From the NCBI GenBank assembly GCA_028288585.1, contig JAQBNL010000021.1, positions 9,221 to 73,220 on the forward strand: 64,000 nucleotides of DNA, given 5' to 3'. The translations under genes and the position numbers were made by a program. How positions within the stretch are numbered: the stretch's first letter is position 1; every line of letters starts with the position of its first letter. The stretch is from Chitinophagaceae bacterium (GTDB lineage: Bacteria > Bacteroidota > Bacteroidia > Chitinophagales > Chitinophagaceae). The notes under the pieces were generated by a model that saw only the letters and a list, made by a program, of their open reading frames with translations, was not told where the DNA came from and made no database searches. Shown one piece after another: positions 49,571-58,915 of the stretch.

Positions 49571-50368
49571 ATGAAAAAGCAACATGTAAACAGGAACATT
49601 TTATTTGGAATTTCTTTTTGTATCCTTCTTGCCATAACTGCAATGGCCTTTCAGGATTCTTCAAAAATTAATAAGCAGCCCCGGCAAACCAAGCTGGATA
49701 CTGTACCCAAAAACAATAATGCAGATATCCGGATAGATATGAAAGACCTGGATCAAACTATTAAAAAAAGTTTAGAGATAGCTGAGAAAAGTTTAAGAGA
49801 AATTGACTGGAATAAAATATCCAAACAGGTTGAGATAAGTATGAAGCAAATTGATATGGCAAAACTGCAAATGGAAATTGATAAATCAATGAAGTCAATT
49901 GACTGGAATAAAATGAAAACAGAATTAGACAGGTCAATGAAAGAACTAGATAAGGCTAAAATGAAAATGGATATTGAAAAAGAGGTAACAGATGCCATGA
50001 AAAGCATTAACATGGATGAGATGAAAAAGAGCCTTGAAGAAATGAAAAAAATAAATTTTGATGAGCTTAAAAAAGAAATGGAGAAACTGAAAATAGAAAT
50101 GGAATTAAATAAAGATCATCTTACAATAGAAATGAATAAGGCAAAACTGGAAATGCTGGAAGCAAAAAAAGGATTAAGTGAGTTAAAAGAAATGACCACA
50201 GAAATGGAAAAAGACGGATTGATAAATAAAAAAGAAAGCAATACGATTGAATATAAAAACAAGGAGTTATTAATCAACGGGAAAAAACAATCACAGGAAG
50301 TAACTGAAAAATACCGCAAATATTTTAAGGGAGATAATTCTAAATTTAAATTTAACGGGGAAGATTAA
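49571..50368 (+). CDS. Secreted Met/Lys/Glu-rich helical-repeat protein
   Basis: Signal peptide, repeated IDWNK/IDMAK/INMDE/INFDE units, C-terminal DGLI...LLINGKKQ...KY segment. Confidence 0.7.
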   Translation: MKKQHVNRNILFGISFCILLAITAMAFQDSSKINKQPRQTKLDTVPKNNNADIRIDMKDLDQTIKKSLEIAEKSLREIDWNKISKQVEISMKQIDMAKLQMEIDKSMKSIDWNKMKTELDRSMKELDKAKMKMDIEKEVTDAMKSINMDEMKKSLEEMKKINFDELKKEMEKLKIEMELNKDHLTIEMNKAKLEMLEAKKGLSELKEMTTEMEKDGLINKKESNTIEYKNKELLINGKKQSQEVTEKYRKYFKGDNSKFKFNGED

Positions 50369-51387
50369 AAGCTTGGACAAAGGGTTTGACGGTCGCTGCC
50401 TACACCATAAAACCCTTTCTTCATTATATTAAACTCACTGGCGCCCCTGTAACCATTAAAATTATGAAGAGACGAGGTAGTTACATCGTAGCTGAAGGTG
50501 AAACGAACATTATTTAATTCAAAACCGATCATCGGTACAATCGCATCGCCTAAGCGATAATATAATCCTCCTATCAATTGTTTCTGGCCATCGCCGGAAA
50601 GATTGTAAGCCCCGTTCATCCCGATAACAAGTTCGCTTGCCTTTGCCTGGGTAGTAAAATATGCATTGGGGTTAATGATAATATTATCATTTACTTTAAG
50701 GATAGCATTCAAAAATCCAATGTGGCGCATAGCAATTCTTGTAGTATCTGCCGACGCATCAAGAAAACTTTCCAGCGGCCGGTTAACATGCTGAATTGAA
50801 TAGCCTGCATTGATATAAATATTTTCGGTTGGAAAATAAGCATAATTCATTCCTACCTGTATATCAAAATAGCTAACATTATTATTAGTCAATACCACGC
50901 TGGTAGGAATATTGGTATCAAAAAATTTCCCATCAAACTGGTCGGGGAATTTTAATTTAGTTTGATCAATTCTTTTATTTGCCCAGCCCACATTAAAGCC
51001 TGCTGTAAGTAAACTGCTATTGCCCAGCATTTGATGATAGGCAACAGAGGCGTATGCTTTTGTAGAAGTGAGGCTTCCACTGCCTGCCACATCTCTTAAA
51101 ATTACGCCTCCTAAACCAAGCCATCCATTCTCTAACTTATCCCTGAAAACCTGTGCATCCCCGTAAATACTTATGGTTTTATAAGGCGTAGCCATTATGG
51201 AAGAATATTGATTTCTATAGTGGGCACCTATACGATAATCTGCATCCGGAATAAAACCTGTATTGGCAGGATTAGTTGTTAAAGGTGAATTGAAGAACTG
51301 GGAAAAATGAAGATCCTGGCCATGAAGGCAGGTTATAAGTAATACGTTATACGTAATAAGTACGAGTATGTATTTTAGATTTCTCAT
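50365..51387 (-). CDS. PorP/SprF family T9SS membrane protein
   Basis: QDLHFSQFFNSPLTTNPANTG, YRNQY, FSYDVTTSSL; downstream of a type-B cargo gene. Confidence 0.92.
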   Translation of the reverse strand: MRNLKYILVLITYNVLLITCLHGQDLHFSQFFNSPLTTNPANTGFIPDADYRIGAHYRNQYSSIMATPYKTISIYGDAQVFRDKLENGWLGLGGVILRDVAGSGSLTSTKAYASVAYHQMLGNSSLLTAGFNVGWANKRIDQTKLKFPDQFDGKFFDTNIPTSVVLTNNNVSYFDIQVGMNYAYFPTENIYINAGYSIQHVNRPLESFLDASADTTRIAMRHIGFLNAILKVNDNIIINPNAYFTTQAKASELVIGMNGAYNLSGDGQKQLIGGLYYRLGDAIVPMIGFELNNVRFTFSYDVTTSSLHNFNGYRGASEFNIMKKGFYGVGSDRQTLCPSF

Positions 51388-51430
51388 TTATTCATTTGCA
51401 AAATTGCATATTTATTCATTGCACATTTCC

Positions 51431-54400
51431 TTATCTTATTAAAGTTATATCTCCTGCTTTTCTAATTTTATTTCCGTCAGAAAAAATCACATCAAGGGTA
51501 TATGTATAAACATCCATTTGCTGCAATTTACCTTTGTAATAACCATCCCATCCATTTGCCGGGGATGTGGACTCAAATACTTTTTGTCCCCACCGGTTAT
51601 ATATAATCCAGTGCATCTCTTTTATTCCAAACCCTTTCACCTTTACTATTGCATTAATGCCAAATTTACCCGGGGTAAAAGCAGATGGCACATCAAGTAA
51701 TGGGTTTATTATAGCCCTTACCTGGATACAGGTATCATCGCTGCAACCGGCATCATTTATTGCTGTAAGACATACATTATAAATACCCGTTGCATTAAAT
51801 AAATGCTGTGGATTTACCTCATTTGAACTATCCCCATCACCAAAATGCCATACATAATTTGTAGCTCCAAATGACTGGTTGGTGAATTGTGTAGGCGTAT
51901 TTTCCAATGGAGGATCAGGGCTAAAAGTAAAAGATGCAATAGGTATAGGCACTACAGAAATTGTGAAAGTGGTGGAATCTAATTTATTGCATGATGTAGA
52001 ATCGAATGCATAAAGTTTTACAATATAGTTTCCTACAACCGTATACAAATGAGTTGGATTATCTGCAGTTGAAGTTGTACCGTCACCAAAATCCCATAAA
52101 AAATTTAGTCCTCCCGCAGATGTATTTTCAAAAACTGCATCATAAGGCACACAACCTGCGGCAGGCGTATTAAATTGTGCTTTTACTATTGGCGATAGTC
52201 TTATTGTTTTAGATACACTGTCAGGCGAATTACAAAAAGAAGTATCCTTTAATATCAATTTTACAATATAAGTTCCGGGGCCAGCGTAGGTATGGGTTAC
52301 CGGTGGAGTTTGCCCCGCTATTATTCGGGGGGAGCCATCACCAAAATCCCAGGTAAAACTATTTGATTTAAAAGGTACGGAGGAAGCAGATGATGTATTA
52401 GTAAATATGTAAGAAAGATCTGTACACAACCCAGTCTTTGCGGGAATAAAATTCAGTGTTGCTATATTATCCCCTGCTTTTATAGTTAAGTAAGCTGTAT
52501 CAGCAATATTACAGGTTGTACTGTCTATCGCAACAAGAGATACAAGGTAAGTGCCTACAGTATTATAAGTGTGAGAAATATTGAAGGAAGTTGTTTTAAT
52601 CTTGGGGGAACCATCTCCGAAATCCCATATAAAGCTTTTACCGTTTTGAACAGTATCAGTAAAATTAACGGTAAGCGGTATGCAACCTAAGGTATCATTA
52701 ACTACGCCATTAATGGAGGCCTGGGGGCCGGCTTCCACCCCAGCAAAATTCATCCTGATTTTTAGCATTCCTAAATTACATTGTCCTCTGCCCGGTGAAG
52801 ATGACCAGGAACCAGGCGTACCCGGGAAATTTACCGGCTTACCACAGTTTGCGCAAATAGCCTGGTATATTACTCCATTTTTATCAAACCTGCTGGTACC
52901 TCCGTCAACATGCTCACCGTAATTTGGATTGTCCTGAACAGGAAGACCATTGTCCTCGCCAAAAAAAGTACCATACAATTGTGTAGCAGCGTCCTTTTTA
53001 ATAACGATAAAATAGAAGTCAGTGCCGGATACATCTGTTACAGGCTTAATAGCATCTGCAGTAACCGGCATGCCCTTAACTGAACGTGCGCCAAAACCCA
53101 GGAGTGAATTTATGTTACCGCCCCAACCGGATACATACACATTTTCGCACCTGTCTACTAAAAATGCAGTAGGTGAAATATTGGGAAGAGAAGAACCTGA
53201 GCCAAATGTGGTTGAATAAATATATGCACTAAGATTAGGATCTAATTTTGAAATAAATTGCTTTGAATTAGCAGGCCCGAATATACTTGCGTTCAGCACC
53301 GGCCAGCTTCCTTCTGTGGTACCCATTACATAAATATTTCCTGCTTTATCGGTTTGTATTCCATATACCTGATCTGCCCTTTGCGTTCCAAGATAAGTTC
53401 CTTTAAGTGCAGCTGATCCATTATTAGTTAATTCAATAATAAATCCATCACAGGAGTCAGATGAATTTACGGAACGTGTGGGTTGTATAACGCCTGCCGC
53501 AGAAATCTCAGGCAGATCTATGCTTTCAGTACCGCCGGCTACATACACATTATTATTGTTTCCTAAAACTAAAACATAGGCTGCATCATTGCCTGCTCCA
53601 CCCAAAAAACTACTCCATATAACATTCTTACAATCGGGCGTTAATTTTATAACTACCCCATCCTGGGCCTTCCCAGGATTGGGTTGAAACACTCCTGCTG
53701 TGGTAGGAAATCTGTCGATAGGCACTGTGCCCGTAGATTGTGTGCAGGAGGCAACATAAATACTGCCGGCACCATCAATAATTACTTCACTTCTTGCATC
53801 ATCTCCGTAATTTCTTTTTAACGAAGTCACCCCTGTTTCCGAAGTTGTTATATTCACTCCATCATCATTGGTTCCACCTATTTTCATAGACCCTATTAAT
53901 TTATTACCGGCCGCATTTAATTTGGTTACTACTATATCCCATCCCCCTCCTTTTCCTAATGTACCGGTAACAGGATAATCGTCTGATTTTGTTCTTCCTG
54001 CCATAATTAAATTTCCCTGCGGATCTACTATAAGACTATGTGGTTGCTCATTACCAGTACCCCCAATGTAAGTTGCGTATACACGGTTTTTCCCGTCAGG
54101 CGTAAGTTTCATTATCGCTATATCCCTTTCGCCGCCCGCAAAAGCTGTTTGATATGCTCCTGTAGAAACACGAAAGCCATTACCAAATGCAATACCACCG
54201 GAAAAAAAACTCCCATCAGGACCATAGGTGGCAGTAAATCCCCAGTTATCTACATCACTCCCTGTATAAGTATAGAATATTAAACTTGGATCAATAACAA
54301 GGGTACTGCCCGGGGAATAATCTTTTACTTTAAATCTTACTACATCGCCTTTAATTTCATATTTAGTTTCAACTTCTGCACGCTGATTATCTATTACCTG

Positions 54401-55048
54401 GTAAGTATATGGGGACAGCTCTTTATTGTCTCCAACTGATGTTTTAATAATGAGTTCCTTATTTTTTATAAGAAGCCCATCGGCGCCTTTATATTGTAAT
54501 GCAATCCTGTTAATATCACCACCCGGATGAACAATAATGTCGTATTTTAAATGAGCACCTGCATCTGAGTAATAGCGAACATCCACATTTGGATAAATAT
54601 TTTTATATGTTACGCCACCATACATTTTACAATCACTTGCCCATTTGCTTTTATCATTACCAATAAAATAATTATTTACAGAAGGCAAAACTTTATCAGG
54701 AATTATCTCGGCATTATCATTAGCGCCAACAAACTGCACCGTGTATGTATGCGAACGCAGTATGGTTTTTTCAAGCGCTGAATTCATCGCATCTTTAATA
54801 CGGCTATGACCGTGCATAATTTTTTCAAAATCTGCCGGGTTATGTTGCAATACAGTAAAGCCTTTATTTTGAAGAAAGAAAGCTCCATTACCGGCATTGG
54901 TCATAAACTTAACCTGCTTATCCCATTGGCCTTTATTTTCAATAAATTCAGTTTGAGAAAATGCAGTGCCTGCAACAAAAAAATTTGCTGACACAAGAAG
55001 AAAGAAAAATAATTTAAAAAATTTCAATGAGAAATTATTTTTTACCAA
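51431..55048 (-). CDS. T9SS type-B cargo: DUF7948-like N-terminus, SBBP-like propeller and PKD repeats
   Basis: FIENKGQW, IDPSLIF, YATYIGG.G.E repeats, WDFGDG PKDs, VPSAFTPG...IYNRWG...GWDG. Confidence 0.9.
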   Translation of the reverse strand: MVKNNFSLKFFKLFFFLLVSANFFVAGTAFSQTEFIENKGQWDKQVKFMTNAGNGAFFLQNKGFTVLQHNPADFEKIMHGHSRIKDAMNSALEKTILRSHTYTVQFVGANDNAEIIPDKVLPSVNNYFIGNDKSKWASDCKMYGGVTYKNIYPNVDVRYYSDAGAHLKYDIIVHPGGDINRIALQYKGADGLLIKNKELIIKTSVGDNKELSPYTYQVIDNQRAEVETKYEIKGDVVRFKVKDYSPGSTLVIDPSLIFYTYTGSDVDNWGFTATYGPDGSFFSGGIAFGNGFRVSTGAYQTAFAGGERDIAIMKLTPDGKNRVYATYIGGTGNEQPHSLIVDPQGNLIMAGRTKSDDYPVTGTLGKGGGWDIVVTKLNAAGNKLIGSMKIGGTNDDGVNITTSETGVTSLKRNYGDDARSEVIIDGAGSIYVASCTQSTGTVPIDRFPTTAGVFQPNPGKAQDGVVIKLTPDCKNVIWSSFLGGAGNDAAYVLVLGNNNNVYVAGGTESIDLPEISAAGVIQPTRSVNSSDSCDGFIIELTNNGSAALKGTYLGTQRADQVYGIQTDKAGNIYVMGTTEGSWPVLNASIFGPANSKQFISKLDPNLSAYIYSTTFGSGSSLPNISPTAFLVDRCENVYVSGWGGNINSLLGFGARSVKGMPVTADAIKPVTDVSGTDFYFIVIKKDAATQLYGTFFGEDNGLPVQDNPNYGEHVDGGTSRFDKNGVIYQAICANCGKPVNFPGTPGSWSSSPGRGQCNLGMLKIRMNFAGVEAGPQASINGVVNDTLGCIPLTVNFTDTVQNGKSFIWDFGDGSPKIKTTSFNISHTYNTVGTYLVSLVAIDSTTCNIADTAYLTIKAGDNIATLNFIPAKTGLCTDLSYIFTNTSSASSVPFKSNSFTWDFGDGSPRIIAGQTPPVTHTYAGPGTYIVKLILKDTSFCNSPDSVSKTIRLSPIVKAQFNTPAAGCVPYDAVFENTSAGGLNFLWDFGDGTTSTADNPTHLYTVVGNYIVKLYAFDSTSCNKLDSTTFTISVVPIPIASFTFSPDPPLENTPTQFTNQSFGATNYVWHFGDGDSSNEVNPQHLFNATGIYNVCLTAINDAGCSDDTCIQVRAIINPLLDVPSAFTPGKFGINAIVKVKGFGIKEMHWIIYNRWGQKVFESTSPANGWDGYYKGKLQQMDVYTYTLDVIFSDGNKIRKAGDITLIR

Positions 55049-55188
55049 TGTACGATTTTTAAAATCAAAATGTTAGCAACTGAAGATGAACTGTATTAAG
55101 TTAAACCAGATGCTAAATTTACGAAACTAAGATTACCAAAGTTTTTAAAACGCTGGGTGCATTATTCAATTTAATACCACCTTAACAT

Positions 55189-57315
55189 TCACGAAATTTT
55201 GCTCCACATCGTTTTGCCCTTTTGCAATTGAAGAAAATTCTTTAACCGGTAATTTTCCGGTGAACTTAACCCCGGGTCATTCTCAATTATCTTCTCTGCA
55301 ATATCCTTTGCTTCTTCCAATAACGCTTTATCATTAACAATATTGGCCAGTTTAAAATCCAGTACCCCGCTTTGTTTTGTGCCTTCAATATCACCCGGTC
55401 CACGCATTTCCAGGTCCTTTTCAGCTATTTTAAATCCATCATTGGTTTCGCACATTATTTTTAAACGCTGTCTTGCCTCAGCGGATATTTTGGTAGAGGT
55501 TAATAATACACAAAAGCTTTTTTCACTTCCCCTCCCTACCCTGCCCCTCAACTGGTGCATTTGCGGCAACCCGAACTTTTCTGCGCTTTCAATTACCATT
55601 ACAGAAGCATTAGGCACATCCACCCCAACTTCTATTACCGTTGTTGAAACCATTATTTGTGTTTCCCCTTTTACAAAACGCTGCATGTTTGCTTCCTTTT
55701 GTGCAGCTTTCATCCTGCCATGAACCATGCTTATCCAGTATGCAGGCTCAGGAAAAAATGCTTTCACTTCCTCATACCCTTTCATCAAATTTTCAAAATC
55801 CATTTTGGCAGATTCTTCTATTAAAGGATAAATAATATATGCCTGTCTTCCTTTTTTTATTTCATCTTTTATAAAGTCCATTACCTGTGGCCTCTTATAT
55901 TCATAACGATGAACTGTGGTAATTGGATGCCTGCCTGGTGGCATTTCATCCATAATACTATAATCAAGATCGCCATAAGCCGTAAGCGCAAGCGTCCTGG
56001 GAATAGGGGTTGCTGTCATCACTAAAATATGCGGATGCACCTCGTTTTTTTTCCAAAGCTTGGACCGCTGCTCAACTCCAAACCTATGTTGCTCATCTAC
56101 AATTGCCAATCCTAAATTTTTAAACTGTACTGTATTTTCAATAACCGCATGGGTACCAATTAAAATATGCATTTCCCCATTCTCACACATTTGCAAAACC
56201 TCTCTTCTTGTTTTGGCAGAAGATGAGCCGGTATGTAATCTTACAGTAATGGCCATATCTTTCAGCAGCTTTGTAATACTATTATAATGTTGTTGGGCTA
56301 AAATTTCTGTTGGTGCCATTAAACAACTTTGAAATCCATTATCGGCCGCAATCAACATACTCAGTAATGCTACCATTGTTTTCCCGCTGCCTACGTCCCC
56401 TTGTAAGAGGCGGTTCATTTGCCTGCCGCTGCCTGCATCTTTTCTTATCTCTTTTAAAACTCTTTTTTGAGCCCCTGTTAATTGAAAGGGCAAATAATTT
56501 TTATAAAATGTATTGAATAATTCTCCTACTTTATTAAATACCAATCCCCTGGAAAAACGATGCCTTTCAAAACGAAGCATGCCCAATCTTAACTGGGATA
56601 TAAATATTTCCTCAAACTTTAACCTGCTAACCGCGGCATAATATTCATCGGCATTTACCGGGAAATGTATTTGTTTAAAAGCTTTGTACCGGGAAATAAA
56701 TTTGTATTTATCAAGTATGGGCTGTGGCAAATTCTCCTCTAATTCCCTCTCATTTAATACAGTAAAAAGATTGAATGTTAGTTTACCAATCTGCCTTCCG
56801 CTTAAGCTTCTTGCTTTTAATTTTTCTGTGCTGGGATAAATAGGTTCTAAAAAACTTTTAGCACCCGCCGTTTCTGCTGTCATAATTTCCATTTCGGGAT
56901 GGGTTATCTGCGGCTGATTCATAAAAAACCCGGCTCGGCCAAAAACCAGGTATTGGCTGCCAACACTTAATGTTTTTTCTATCCAGTTTATACCCTGGAA
57001 CCAAACCAATTCCAATTCTCCCGTATCATCCTGCAGATAAGCCACCAGGCGTCTCCCTCTTTTTTCCCCAACAATATCAAATTGGGTAAGCTTACCTTTT
57101 ACCTGTACATATTCAGTGCCTTCAGTAATGTTTGCAATTTTAGTAATCTGCGTTTTATCAATATGCCTGTATGGAAACAGTTCCAGCAGATCTTTAAATG
57201 TAAAAATGCCAAGTTCTTTTTTTAAAAGATCGGCCCTTTGCGGACCAACGCCTTTTAAATATTCGATCGGGTTTAATAATATGGTGGCAGTATTATTGAT
57301 GTTTGCAATATACAA
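55189..57315 (-). CDS. recG: ATP-dependent DNA helicase RecG
   Basis: LKGVGP, LLQGDVGSGKT, DEQHRFG, MTATPIPRTL, QLRGRVGRG, RGPGD. Confidence 0.98.
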   Translation of the reverse strand: MYIANINNTATILLNPIEYLKGVGPQRADLLKKELGIFTFKDLLELFPYRHIDKTQITKIANITEGTEYVQVKGKLTQFDIVGEKRGRRLVAYLQDDTGELELVWFQGINWIEKTLSVGSQYLVFGRAGFFMNQPQITHPEMEIMTAETAGAKSFLEPIYPSTEKLKARSLSGRQIGKLTFNLFTVLNERELEENLPQPILDKYKFISRYKAFKQIHFPVNADEYYAAVSRLKFEEIFISQLRLGMLRFERHRFSRGLVFNKVGELFNTFYKNYLPFQLTGAQKRVLKEIRKDAGSGRQMNRLLQGDVGSGKTMVALLSMLIAADNGFQSCLMAPTEILAQQHYNSITKLLKDMAITVRLHTGSSSAKTRREVLQMCENGEMHILIGTHAVIENTVQFKNLGLAIVDEQHRFGVEQRSKLWKKNEVHPHILVMTATPIPRTLALTAYGDLDYSIMDEMPPGRHPITTVHRYEYKRPQVMDFIKDEIKKGRQAYIIYPLIEESAKMDFENLMKGYEEVKAFFPEPAYWISMVHGRMKAAQKEANMQRFVKGETQIMVSTTVIEVGVDVPNASVMVIESAEKFGLPQMHQLRGRVGRGSEKSFCVLLTSTKISAEARQRLKIMCETNDGFKIAEKDLEMRGPGDIEGTKQSGVLDFKLANIVNDKALLEEAKDIAEKIIENDPGLSSPENYRLKNFLQLQKGKTMWSKIS

Positions 57316-57316
57316 A

Positions 57317-57356
57317 GCCCCCTCTAAATCTCCTCCGCCAGTTGGCGGAGAGACTT
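57317..57356. repeat. REP-like element with a nested CCGCCAGTTGGCGG palindrome between divergent recG and nei
   Basis: GCCCCCTCTAAATCTCCT-CCGCCAGTTGGCGG-AGAGACTTT. Confidence 0.6.
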
Positions 57357-57390
57357 TCGGAGATTCTAAAATTTGTAAGTTTAAGAAAAT

Positions 57391-58122
57391 ATGGAAGGGC
57401 CATCATTAGTTATTTTAAAAGAAGAAATTAAGTCTTTCAAAGGAAAGAAAATTATAGAGGTCTCGGGGAATACTAAAATTGAAAAAGAAAGATTTAAAAA
57501 TAAAACGGTAAGAGATTTTAAAAGCTGGGGGAAACATTTTCTTATTTGCTTTGATAAGTTCTTTGTAAGAATTCATTTTTTAATGTTTGGCAGCTACAGG
57601 GTTAATGAACAAAAAGAAAATAGGGTGCCGAGGCTTAGCCTTGTTTTTAAAAATGGAGAAATAAATTTTTATACATGCTCAGTTAAAATTGTTGAAGGCA
57701 GTCCTGATGATGTGTATGATTGGGAACTTGATGTGATGTCAGATAAATGGAATCCTAAAAAAGCACTTGCTTCTCTTAAAAAAATGAAGGATGTGATGGT
57801 TTGTGATGCCTTGCTCGATCAAAATATTTTTGCCGGGGTAGGTAATATCATTAAGAATGAAGTTCTTTTCAGAATTAAACTTCATCCTGAAACTCTGGCA
57901 GGCGCTGTAAAATCCAGCCAGCTAAAAAATCTCGTAGAAGAAGCAAAGAATTACAGCTTCGATTTTTATAAATGGAAAAAGATATACCAGCTTAGAAAAC
58001 ACTGGCTTATTTATAAAAAAAGAAAATGCCCGAGATGTGAGATCCCTGTCATTACAAAACATACAGGCAAAGGGAAGAGGTATAGTTTTTTTTGTGAGAA
58101 TTGCCAGGAAAAACCAACTTAA
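57391..58122 (+). CDS. Fpg/Nei family DNA glycosylase (endonuclease VIII-like) lacking the N-terminal Pro
   Basis: MEGPSL start, WGKHFL, H2TH motif LLDQNIFAGVGNIIKNE, zinc finger CPRC...CENCQ. Confidence 0.88.
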   Translation: MEGPSLVILKEEIKSFKGKKIIEVSGNTKIEKERFKNKTVRDFKSWGKHFLICFDKFFVRIHFLMFGSYRVNEQKENRVPRLSLVFKNGEINFYTCSVKIVEGSPDDVYDWELDVMSDKWNPKKALASLKKMKDVMVCDALLDQNIFAGVGNIIKNEVLFRIKLHPETLAGAVKSSQLKNLVEEAKNYSFDFYKWKKIYQLRKHWLIYKKRKCPRCEIPVITKHTGKGKRYSFFCENCQEKPT

Positions 58123-58141
58123 CTTTTTACTACTTTTAATT

Positions 58142-58867
58142 ATGCTTAGATATGTACGCCATGGAGTAAAAAGAGTCTACGCAGCAATTGCGCTTTTATC
58201 AATAGAAATAATTGTACTACTGGGCGTATTCAGCCTTGCATTGCTTGCATTTATCGGTATTGCCAAAATGATTTTTAAAGAAAAGAAAGAGGATTTTGAT
58301 CTGCATGCTTTTAATTTTCTGGCCAGCCATGTAAGTGATATAAATACAGATGTAATGCAGGTATTTACTTTTTTGGGCACACATACATTTCTCATTCCTG
58401 CAAATCTTATGTTAGTTGCTTATTTTTTATTTATAAAAAAACATCGCTGGTATTCTATAAAAGTGCCTGTAGTTGCACTTAGCAGCTTATTGCTTATGTT
58501 TTGTTTAAAATTAATTTTTCATCGTGATCGTCCTTTAACACCTTTGCTTGAAGCAGCCCAGGGTTACAGTTTCCCGAGCGGCCATGCTACCATGAGCATA
58601 ACTTTTTATGGACTCATAATATTTTTGGTTTGGCAAAATGAAAAGAAAGCCTGGGTAAAATGGATACTTACTATTGCACTTGTACTGCTTATTAATTTTA
58701 TTGGTGTTAGCCGGGTATATTTAAGAGTGCATTATGCAAGTGATGTACTCGCTGGCTTTTGTGTAGGTTTAATGTGGCTCTTCCTTTCTCTTTGGATATT
58801 AAGAAAAATTGAAACCTTTAGCCGCAAAAAAGTTGACCCTGTCGTGCAACAGGCCCCGGCTGCGTAG
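58142..58867 (+). CDS. PAP2 family phosphatase
   Basis: KLIFHRDRP, SFPSGH, SRVYLRVHYASDV. Likely start is the ATG at 58142. Confidence 0.93.
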   Translation: MLRYVRHGVKRVYAAIALLSIEIIVLLGVFSLALLAFIGIAKMIFKEKKEDFDLHAFNFLASHVSDINTDVMQVFTFLGTHTFLIPANLMLVAYFLFIKKHRWYSIKVPVVALSSLLLMFCLKLIFHRDRPLTPLLEAAQGYSFPSGHATMSITFYGLIIFLVWQNEKKAWVKWILTIALVLLINFIGVSRVYLRVHYASDVLAGFCVGLMWLFLSLWILRKIETFSRKKVDPVVQQAPAA

Positions 58868-58915
58868 TCATCTCTTCCATATTCTCTATATTTGAAATCT
58901 AATGCTTTAAATGCA

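Noticed and set aside
58037-58141. Apparent 86-bp overlap between nei and the PAP2 gene
   Set aside because: An artefact of the longest-ORF start; ATG 58142 removes the overlap.
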